64,000 nt of DNA from an uncultured Akkermansia sp. GTDB taxonomy: Bacteria; Verrucomicrobiota; Verrucomicrobiia; Verrucomicrobiales; Akkermansiaceae. Every line of letters starts with the position of its first letter. Within the stretch, counting starts at the first letter, position 1. The DNA lies in assembly GCA_947628035.1 (NCBI GenBank), contig CANQYL010000002.1, positions 2,642 to 66,641 on the forward strand. Reading direction: 5' to 3'. This document shows, one piece after another, positions 38,442-45,910 of the stretch. A model generated the notes under the pieces. That model ran no database searches, was not told the DNA's origin, and worked only from the letters and a program-made list of their open reading frames with translations. Position numbers and translations under genes: made by a program.

Positions 38442-39339
38442 TCCCATTTTCATCCTCGGGGCAACCGGCAGCGGCAAAAGCGCGTTGGCTGTTGAGCTTG
38501 CCGAGCGCCTGAGCAATGCTGAAATCATCAGTGCCGACGCCTACCAGGTTTACCGCTCCATGCCCCTGCTCACTGCCGCGCCGGAACCAGACTTATTGCG
38601 GCGGGTCCCGCACCATCTTATCGGTTTCATGGACGTATCTGAAAATAATGATGCGGCCAAGCACGCCCGTCGCGCGTTGGAAATCATCCGGCAAATCCAC
38701 GAGCGCGGACATCGGGTTATCATCACCGGCGGCTCCGGTCTCTACGTCAAATTCCTCTCACATGGCATCTCCCCCGCCCCGCCGAGTGATCCGCAATTAC
38801 GCCGCGAGCTCGAGAATATGCCTCTTGCCGAAGCTGTTCGTCGTTTGCAGGGGCTGGATCCCGAAGGAGCCTCCCGCACAAACCTGCAAAATCCCCGCTA
38901 CGTGAGACGCAACCTCGAAGTTGTGCTCGTCGGCGGTAAGCCCCTCTCCTACTGGCAGCGAAATTGGAACCACCCTCCCCTCGGTCCCGGCTTCCTCCTC
39001 GCCCGCGATACCTCCGAGCTGGATTCCCGCATTGCCCGGCGCACCCATGACATGATACTCGCCGGTGTGATCGACGAGGTACGCGCCCTCCCGGCAGAAA
39101 TCTCCCACACGGCTCAACAAACTCTGGGTCTCTCCCTCGTGCGCTCTTTCCTCGCAAGCGAGATATCCCTCCCCGAACTCGAAACCTTCCTCGCCCTCGC
39201 CACACGCCGCTACGCCAAACGGCAACGCACGTGGCTGCGCCGAGAAACATGGCTCTCCCCCATCCCCGCCGCTGACCCAACAGCTCTCTCCTCCATCCTC
39301 AGGTCTCTCAACGCGAATACGGAACACAAACGCTCTTGA
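38428..39339 (+). CDS. miaA: tRNA dimethylallyltransferase
   Basis: GATGSGKSALA P-loop, and the ITGGSGLY and YAKRQRTW motifs. Confidence 0.93.
   Translation: MMASDPIFILGATGSGKSALAVELAERLSNAEIISADAYQVYRSMPLLTAAPEPDLLRRVPHHLIGFMDVSENNDAAKHARRALEIIRQIHERGHRVIITGGSGLYVKFLSHGISPAPPSDPQLRRELENMPLAEAVRRLQGLDPEGASRTNLQNPRYVRRNLEVVLVGGKPLSYWQRNWNHPPLGPGFLLARDTSELDSRIARRTHDMILAGVIDEVRALPAEISHTAQQTLGLSLVRSFLASEISLPELETFLALATRRYAKRQRTWLRRETWLSPIPAADPTALSSILRSLNANTEHKRS
39213..39312 (+). repeat. Direct repeat A: the functional 3' end of miaA
   Basis: About 100 nt, roughly 88 percent identical to 40278-40378. Confidence 0.85.
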
Positions 39340-39539
39340 CCGCGACCCCTCTTCCGGCTCATCCGTTGACTTCGATTCCTGCCGAAATAAATTCGCCCGC
39401 AACTTCCATCAAACGCTGCGATGCTGACGGCAGAGAGTGGAATAATAGACGTCGAGGATTATTGCATTTATCTACAAGATATTTAATATTGCAACAACTT
39501 CACCGCATATTATGGGCTTTATAAAAACATTTAAGCTTT

Positions 39540-40295
39540 TTATTTGCTATTTCGTCCATCTGTAAGCAAGCGAGAATTGCTTTGTTGCAACACGCGCAGT
39601 TGAGAGCGCGCCATATCGTTGAGGCATTGCAAACGCTCTGTTTGTGATCTGCCTTGCTCAATTAAAATGGCGTTATAGCTTTCCATATTGGCAATCACGA
39701 GCAGCTGCTCGATAGTGGCGTAATCCCGAATATTACCTTTGAGTGTTGGATTTTCTTTGCGCCACTGGGCGGCAGTCTTTCCGAACAGGGCAACGTTCAA
39801 GAGATCGGCTTCATCGGCATAAACGTATTTGAGTTGTTCGTCCGTAAGCGTCGGGACGATATTCTCCTTGATTGCGTCGGTGTGTATGCGGTAGTTTACC
39901 TTTGCAAGTTCACGCTTTGCCGACCATTCAAGCGCTTGTTGCTCTCGCGCTTTGAGCCGCTGAAACTCCGTGACTAAATACAACTTAAATTCCGGACTTA
40001 ACCAACTTGCAAACTCAAAGGCTATATCTCGATGCGCGAACGTTCCTCCATTGTTCCCCGACTTGGAAACAATACCGACCGCGTTGGTGGCTTCTATCCA
40101 TTTTTGCGGAGAGAGATAAAAACTGTGTCTGCCTGCCGCGTTCTCAAAGGTCTCGAATTCGTGCCCTTTGAAATCTGGGTTATGTAACGTCTTCCACAGC
40201 CCAAGATAAGATATGACGTCTTTGTTGCGCATCCATGCGGCAATTGGAACTTTCGGTTCGGCCGGATTGGCATAGCGCGCCAAACGACAACGCAC
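39540..40295 (-). pseudogene. KilA-N domain protein gene, 5'-truncated at the junction with repeat B
   Basis: Conserved WMRNKDVISYLGLWKTLHNPDFK...GGTFAHRDIAFEFASWLSPEFKLYL. The first ~25-30 residues of family members are missing, and the first 6 codons of the ORF (GTG start) lie inside the miaA-derived repeat. Confidence 0.7.
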
Positions 40296-40378
40296 GTGGC
40301 TGCGCCGAGAATCATGGTTGTCTTCCCATCCCCGCCGCTGACCCAGCAGCTCTCTCCACCATTCTCAGGTCTCTCAAT
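40278..40378 (+). repeat. Direct repeat B: degenerate, frameshifted duplicate of the miaA 3' end
   Basis: It encodes AKRQRTWLRRESWL and then shifts frame because of a 1-nt indel relative to 39213-39312. Confidence 0.85.
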
Positions 40379-40701
40379 GGCAACTTTTGAGAAAATGCGT
40401 CCGTCTCTTTCCAACGGGTGGAACATGAAAAAGGGCTCGAAAAAGCCGCCCGCAGGATTTCTCCCACGGGCGACTAAAATGAAACCAGGGGAATACCATT
40501 ACCCCCATGATGAGAATATACAACAGCTCCCGAGCTGTGTCAACTCCGATAAAAAGCCGCCTGCCGGAGGTCCAGCTCCAGCGGGCATTAGAAAGGAGGT
40601 GTCCTTTCGAAAGTGAAGCATAAAGCTCCCTCCGACAGGTCTCATTCTATCAAACGAAGAAGGGGAGTCAATCTGATTTCTTTACCCTTCCTGCGTTTCC
40701 C

Positions 40702-42786
40702 TTATTTCCCCTGCTCCGTGAGTTTTTGGTACAGCGTGAACAGGTGAGTCACGCGGTCGGAATCATCAGCGAACTTCCTCCCGTAGGCGGCATCAACGGC
40801 AGAATCCAAATCTCGATGGGCTTTGCGCAACTCCGGAGGCATGAGCAGTGGGTCGTAAAGGTCCGCTAATGTACTTTCGGGGTACAAAACTCGGGCATCC
40901 AACACGGCTTGCGCGCAAGACTCTATCCTTTCGCGCTGCTCGGTTGTCGGTTCCGGCCAGGAGAAGTTGTTGTAAACGATGTTTGCGGAGTACCGATAGT
41001 CGCTCTTAAGTCTCCCCGCGACCGTCCGCATCCATGCCATGTGAATGGCGGAGGAAAGGACGCCGAAGTGGTAAAGTGTGGCATCGGGAACGATCTTGAG
41101 GAGATTGCTACATATCGTTGTTTCATTCAGAAAAGCCATTGGAATGTACTGACGATTCTCGGACGAAACTTCCGGAATGGCGACATAACGAACAGGATTA
41201 TTCGTTTCACGGAAGAGGGTCGGAGCATCAGCCAACTTACGGCGTCCAGGGTCAGTCGCGTTTAATCGGTCTTGTCTGCATGCTTCTACTCGTTCCATGA
41301 CGGCGGGCATTGTGCGAAGTTCTGCGGGGCTGGCGCCAGCAAGCCATAAGCACCACCGTTTTTTTCCATTAATCAATTCATCCGCCCCCATGAAGGATTT
41401 GATGAACTTTGCGGCTCGTGGTTCTCGCGCCATGAAAGCATCGTACTCGTCTGCCTCAATAATGAGGTGCCCTCCGTCAGCCGGGCGATTTCCCGTACTC
41501 ATTTTCGGTACGTCGCAGAGTGGCAAGGTACGGCTTTCGATAAACAGGTAAGCTGCATCCAGAAGATAGCTGTTAATCTGATGCGCCATGTGGGCGAGCC
41601 CCTCTTCATCAAAAATGGTGCATCCTCTTGCCTTTCCTGCGCTAAAACCTATGATAACGCAGTGTACCGCTGCCGTGTCTCTTACTTCATTTGCCCACTT
41701 GAACGTGCGATAGGCGATGTCGATGTGAACGCCGTACTCACTCGTAAGATGCTTCCAAAGGTTAGCGGCTTGTTCGCCCTGAGTGATGGAGTTGGTGGAG
41801 ACAAAAGCGGCGCGCGTGTTGGAATCATGCTGCAAGATTTGAGCCGCCTTATCAAACCATGCGCAGACAAAATCCAGCTTACCCCATGCGCGCGCTTTGC
41901 CAAGAAGCTGCTGCATATTGGCTTTCTGTTCCTTCGTTTGAAGGGAGTAGCCTATGAACGGCGGATTGCCGATGATGTAGTCCACGTGGCGGTTGGGGAT
42001 GTTATCCGTCCAGTCCATTTCCAGTGCGTTGCCTTCGCGGATATTTTCGTAACTTTGCAGCGGGAGAAAGTCTGCTAATTGTTGGTCGGTGAACTCTTGC
42101 GTTTCTCTCCACATTTGAGCGTCGGCTATCCAGAGGGCGGCCTTGGCAACCGATACGGCGAAGTCGTTAATCTCAATCCCGTAGAATTGCTGTATGGACA
42201 CTTTGACGCGGGAGAAGTCGCCGCCGAAAGTGGCTTGCCCGTTGGAAAGATAGCGAACGGCTTCATTCTCCAGCCGGCGAAGGGAGATGAATGTTTCGGT
42301 GAGGAAGTTGCCGGAGCCGCAGGCAGGGTCGAGGAAAGTGAGCGAAGCGAGCTTGTCGCGGAAGGCTTCCAGCTTGCGGACGAGGGAGGCTCCCCTATTT
42401 TCTTCCCTGATGCTGTGCAGTTCCGCCGTGAGGGTGTTCAGGAAGAGAGGGTCGATCACCTTGTGGATATTCTCCACGCTGGTATAGTGCATGCCACCGC
42501 TGCGGCGCGTGGCGGGGTTAAGCGTGCTTTCGAAGAGACCGCCGAAGATCGTGGGCGAGATACCGCGCCAATCAAAGTGCGCCGCGTCTCTGATGAGATT
42601 GCAAAGAGCTTCATCCAACGGAGGGATAAAATCCGCGTCACTCTCTGCGAAAAGTCCACCATTCACGAAGGGGAAGGCTCGCAGTTCTTCATCGAAGGGA
42701 TCGCGCTGCTGCGGCTGCATATTGAGCGCACGGAAGAGCTTCATGATACGCTCGCGCACAGCGGAGGGTTTCACCACTGCGGACAT
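40702..42786 (-). CDS. MmeI-family Type IIL restriction-modification enzyme, C-terminal fragment (helical spacer, gamma-class N6-adenine methyltransferase, TRD)
   Basis: It starts MSAVVKPSAV and carries AFPFVNGGLF, SPTIFGGLFES, FLDPACGSGNFL (motif I), IGNPPFIGY (motif IV) and a conserved C-terminal YDPLLMPPELRKAH. It is colinear with MmeI residues ~240-919. Confidence 0.85.
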   Translation of the reverse strand: MSAVVKPSAVRERIMKLFRALNMQPQQRDPFDEELRAFPFVNGGLFAESDADFIPPLDEALCNLIRDAAHFDWRGISPTIFGGLFESTLNPATRRSGGMHYTSVENIHKVIDPLFLNTLTAELHSIREENRGASLVRKLEAFRDKLASLTFLDPACGSGNFLTETFISLRRLENEAVRYLSNGQATFGGDFSRVKVSIQQFYGIEINDFAVSVAKAALWIADAQMWRETQEFTDQQLADFLPLQSYENIREGNALEMDWTDNIPNRHVDYIIGNPPFIGYSLQTKEQKANMQQLLGKARAWGKLDFVCAWFDKAAQILQHDSNTRAAFVSTNSITQGEQAANLWKHLTSEYGVHIDIAYRTFKWANEVRDTAAVHCVIIGFSAGKARGCTIFDEEGLAHMAHQINSYLLDAAYLFIESRTLPLCDVPKMSTGNRPADGGHLIIEADEYDAFMAREPRAAKFIKSFMGADELINGKKRWCLWLAGASPAELRTMPAVMERVEACRQDRLNATDPGRRKLADAPTLFRETNNPVRYVAIPEVSSENRQYIPMAFLNETTICSNLLKIVPDATLYHFGVLSSAIHMAWMRTVAGRLKSDYRYSANIVYNNFSWPEPTTEQRERIESCAQAVLDARVLYPESTLADLYDPLLMPPELRKAHRDLDSAVDAAYGRKFADDSDRVTHLFTLYQKLTEQGK

Positions 42787-42796
42787 GTAATCCGGA
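42776..42796 (-). repeat. Inverted repeat, left copy (IR-L), at the 5' end of the MmeI-like C-fragment
   Basis: The reverse complement reads TCCGGATTACATGTCCGCAGT, matching 18/21 positions of 43787-43807, and contains the ATG of the C-fragment. Confidence 0.85.
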
Positions 42797-42874
42797 GCGT
42801 TATAGGGCTAATTCCTGCTCCGTATTATGGACTACACCAACTTTTCAGTGACCTCCTTTGGGTTGGTTGATCCG

Positions 42875-42908
42875 CCCGACGGAGCTGGCTCTCCGTCGGG
42901 TTCTTTTT
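42875..42908 (+). terminator. Rho-independent terminator inside the invertible segment, with no upstream plus-strand gene in the present orientation
   Basis: CCCGACGGAG-CTGGCT-CTCCGTCGGG followed by TTCTTTTT. Confidence 0.7.
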
Positions 42909-43076
42909 GCCTGGAAGGTTGATATAATATTGCTTCGGTTGTGTATTTTCACCGTGGGGAGGCAGCATCCTTGTAAATCACTAGTATACCTCCTGCGGTA
43001 GAAATCTTGCAGGCTGTTTTTAGCGAGAGTGTTTCTTCTTTCTTTTTGCAGACGATTGTGTTATGTTCTCCGGTGT

Positions 43077-43811
43077 ATGGATGCAACTACCAGTCAGGCA
43101 ACAGATGCGGCGAAAAAGAAGGGTACCGTGAAGGCTTTTTCAGAGAAATGGAGGGAGGCAACCGGAGGTGAGAAACAAGAGGCACAGAGTTTCTGGAGAG
43201 ATTTGTTGCAAGAGGTGCTTGGCGTGCGCGGCTATGATATCAGTCGTACCGTTTTCTTTGAAAAGCCTGTACAAGTGGGAGACTCCATACGCTACATTGA
43301 TGCTTACCTGCCTGACACTCGTGTGCTCATTGAGCAAAAAGGACGCAAAGTGGACTTAAATGCGCCGCAAATGCAGTCCGGCGGGGATATGCTGACGCCC
43401 TACGAGCAAGCTAAACGTTACTCGGACAATCTGCCCGTGGATCAACACGCACGCTGGATCGTGACCTGCAACTTCAGCGAGATCCACATTCACGATATGA
43501 ATGCTCCGCAGCCCGCTGTGGCAGCGAGCTGCATCACGTTGGAAGAACTGCCCGATCAGTGGCACCGACTGCTTTTCCTTGTGGACGCCGCCAACGCACG
43601 CATTGAGAAAGAGCGCGAAATGTCGATGAAAGCAGGCGTCCTCGTCTCTGAAATCTACAACGCTCTCATGGAGAAAGCCGGGAGAGTGACGGATGCAGTA
43701 GTCTTGCAGCAACTCAATCGTTTCTGTGTGCGGCTCGTGTTTTGTCTCTATGCAGAGGATGCAGGTCTGTTTGACAAGGACCAATTTCTGGATTACATAT
43801 CCGCTGTTTAG
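43077..43811 (+). CDS. MmeI-family Type IIL enzyme, N-terminal fragment (PD-ExK nuclease domain and start of the helical domain)
   Basis: FSEKWREATGGEKQEAQSFWRDLL, nuclease motif IDAYLPDTRVLIEQKG (D-x12-EXK) and RLVFCLYAEDAGLF. It ends ...FLDYISAV followed by TAG immediately after IR-R. Confidence 0.85.
   Translation: MDATTSQATDAAKKKGTVKAFSEKWREATGGEKQEAQSFWRDLLQEVLGVRGYDISRTVFFEKPVQVGDSIRYIDAYLPDTRVLIEQKGRKVDLNAPQMQSGGDMLTPYEQAKRYSDNLPVDQHARWIVTCNFSEIHIHDMNAPQPAVAASCITLEELPDQWHRLLFLVDAANARIEKEREMSMKAGVLVSEIYNALMEKAGRVTDAVVLQQLNRFCVRLVFCLYAEDAGLFDKDQFLDYISAV
43787..43807 (+). repeat. Inverted repeat, right copy (IR-R), at the 3' end of the MmeI-like N-fragment
   Basis: TCTGGATTACATATCCGCTGT. 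It has the same reading frame (DYISAV) as IR-L (DYMSAV). Confidence 0.85.
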
Positions 43812-43939
43812 CATCCACTCATTGAAACGGAGTATATAAACCGCACAAAAAAACAACGGTGACCATGGGCATCCTATGGTGCTCAAAGGGCGTTAGAAGG
43901 CCTGTGTGACCTTAAAATAATGGGTCAACCAAAAAAGTA

Positions 43940-44027
43940 CGGAGAGAGAGGGATTCGAACCCTCGGTGACACCTCTGCCACGCTCGATTTCGAGTCGAGT
44001 GCCTTAGACCAACTCAGCCATCTCTCC
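43940..44027 (-). tRNA. tRNA-Ser (anticodon CGA)
   Basis: Manual fold: acceptor GGAGAGA/TCTCTCC, anticodon stem CTCGA/TCGAG with loop CTCGAAA, long variable arm, T-arm GGTTCGAATCC and discriminator G. No CCA is encoded. Confidence 0.9.
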
Positions 44028-44140
44028 TTAGCGCCCCATGCAAACGGGAGCCGCATTATGCCTTTGCGGTTCATAAATGTCAAGCCAAGAATCAAAGCTG
44101 CACGGGGAATAGAAGATAGAGCGCCGACATTTTATTTGAC

Positions 44141-44169
44141 TTCACATGCGGGGAGTGACGTGCTACAAT
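44141..44169 (+). promoter_or_regulatory. Promoter of gpmI (TTCACA-N17 spacer including TGc, then TACAAT); the -10 ends 6 nt before the ATG
   Basis: TTCACA at 44141-44146, TGCTACAAT at 44161-44169 and the ATG at 44176. Confidence 0.55.
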
Positions 44170-44175
44170 GCGGTC

Positions 44176-45714
44176 ATGTCAAAGAAACCTGTCGTTTTGA
44201 TTATACGTGACGGCTGGGGACGCAATCCGCAGGGTCCCGAGGCCGCTGAAAAAACCGGCGATGCGACGGTGCTGGCGAACACACCGTTCACGGATCACCT
44301 GCTCGAGACTTGTCCGCATTCTTTGCTCGGAGCGAGCGGACAGGATGTGGGTCTGCCGGAGGGACAGATGGGCAATTCGGAGGTGGGGCACTTGAACTTG
44401 GGAGCCGGTCGAGTGGTCTATCAGGATCTCTGCCGCATCTCCAACGCCATCGCAGACGGGTCGCTGGCTGAGAACCCCGTGCTTAAGGAAGCCTTTGCCA
44501 AGGCGGTCGGTTCTCGACTGCACCTGCTCGGGCTCCTCTCCGACGGCGGGGTACACTCCCACATTGAACACACCATCGGCATCGTCAAGCTCGCCGCTGA
44601 GGCCGGGGTCAAGGACATCATGATCCACGCCATCACGGACGGACGCGACACCGATCCCAAAAGCGGTGTTGCTTTCCTGGAACAACTCAGAACTGCCACG
44701 GCTCCGTACGGTGCGCGCATAGCGACGGTCGTGGGACGCTTTTACGCGATGGATCGCGACAAGAGATGGGATCGCGTCAAGGTGGGCTGGGACGCTATCG
44801 TACTCGGACGTGGAGAGTCATGCACCGGCACGCCGGAGGATTTCGTTCGCAAGAGTTACGAGGAAGGCACGACAGATGAGTTCCTCAAACCCGGTATTTT
44901 CTGCGAAAGCGACCAACAACGCGTCCGCGACGGCGACGTCGTGTTCTTCACCAACTTCCGAGCGGACCGTGCGCGTGAGCTCTCTCGTGCTTTCCTCTAT
45001 GAGGATTTCGACGGCTTTGATCGCGAAGTGCAACCCAAGGTTCACTACATCACCATGTCGGAGTACGAGGCTTGCTATCCCTCTCCCATCGTCTTTGAGC
45101 AGGAAAAGCTGGACAACATCTTCGGCGAGGTAGTCTCCCGCGCCGGACTCCGTCAGCTGCGCATCGCCGAGACTGAGAAATACGCTCACGTCACCTTCTT
45201 CTTCAACGGTGGTGTCGAAACGCAGTTTGAGGGGGAGGACCGCATTCTCGTGCCCTCTCCGCGCGAGGTGGCAACCTACGACGAAAAGCCTGAAATGAGC
45301 GTGGCGGAGGTAGCCGATAAGTTTGTGGGAGCTATCGGCAACTTTGACGTTGCCATCATGAACTTCGCGAATCCTGACATGGTCGGTCACACCGGCTTCC
45401 TGAATGCCGGTATCGCGGCCTGTGAGGCGGTGGACGCCGCATTGCAGAAGTGCGTCACCAAGGTGTTGGAGCTGGGCGGGTGTTGTCTTATCTGCGCCGA
45501 TCACGGCAACTGTGAGAACATGATCAATCCGGACGGTTCACCCAACACGGCACATACCACCAACCTCGTGGATCTCATCTACTGCGGCGCCGACCAAGAT
45601 ACGGTGAAACTAAGCAATGGCAAGCTGGCGGACATCTCGCCGACCCTGCTCGCTCTGCTCGGTCTGGAGCAGCCTGCGGAAATGACGGGGCACTCGCTTG
45701 TCAGCCATAGCTGA
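44176..45714 (+). CDS. gpmI: 2,3-bisphosphoglycerate-independent phosphoglycerate mutase
   Basis: VVLIIRDGWG, MGNSEVGHLNLGAGR, DGGVHSH, ADHGN motifs. Confidence 0.95.
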   Translation: MSKKPVVLIIRDGWGRNPQGPEAAEKTGDATVLANTPFTDHLLETCPHSLLGASGQDVGLPEGQMGNSEVGHLNLGAGRVVYQDLCRISNAIADGSLAENPVLKEAFAKAVGSRLHLLGLLSDGGVHSHIEHTIGIVKLAAEAGVKDIMIHAITDGRDTDPKSGVAFLEQLRTATAPYGARIATVVGRFYAMDRDKRWDRVKVGWDAIVLGRGESCTGTPEDFVRKSYEEGTTDEFLKPGIFCESDQQRVRDGDVVFFTNFRADRARELSRAFLYEDFDGFDREVQPKVHYITMSEYEACYPSPIVFEQEKLDNIFGEVVSRAGLRQLRIAETEKYAHVTFFFNGGVETQFEGEDRILVPSPREVATYDEKPEMSVAEVADKFVGAIGNFDVAIMNFANPDMVGHTGFLNAGIAACEAVDAALQKCVTKVLELGGCCLICADHGNCENMINPDGSPNTAHTTNLVDLIYCGADQDTVKLSNGKLADISPTLLALLGLEQPAEMTGHSLVSHS

Positions 45715-45729
45715 CACAAGGTCTTCACG

Positions 45730-45761
45730 CATCGCCCATGACTGACAATTCATGGGCGATG
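45730..45761 (+). other. Perfect 12-bp stem hairpin after gpmI
   Basis: CATCGCCCATGA-CTGACAAT-TCATGGGCGATG. Confidence 0.6.
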
Positions 45762-45785
45762 TGCTATTTACGATCGGAGGGAATT

Positions 45786-45810
45786 TGCCCGCCAAAGCGG
45801 GCATCTTTTC
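45786..45810 (+). terminator. Rho-independent terminator after gpmI
   Basis: TGCCCGC-CAAA-GCGGGCA followed by TCTTTTCTC. Confidence 0.6.
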
Positions 45811-45875
45811 TCTGTCGCCTTGTTTTTCCCTCATTGTTGCATTTTTTCAAACGCATTTGCTCGTCTCGTGGAACC

Positions 45876-45905
45876 TTGACGCGATGAGCGCAGGCGTGGT
45901 ATAAG
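45876..45905 (+). promoter_or_regulatory. Promoter of the giant helicase ORF (TTGACG-N18-TATAAG with TGg extended -10)
   Basis: TTGACG at 45876-45881 and TGGTATAAG at 45897-45905. Confidence 0.55.
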
Positions 45906-45910
45906 AGAGT

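Noticed and set aside
40296-40616. 106-aa plus-strand ORF downstream of the KilA-N remnant.
   Set aside because: Its first third is simply the frameshifted duplicate of the miaA 3' end read in another frame. The remainder is Pro/Lys-rich with no motif.
43920-44210. ORF 43920-44210 (+) and ORF 56932-57120 (+).
   Set aside because: They overlap tRNA-Ser, and tRNA-Lys plus tRNA-Thr, on the opposite strand, and they overlap the gpmI promoter. They are artefacts of the six-frame scan.
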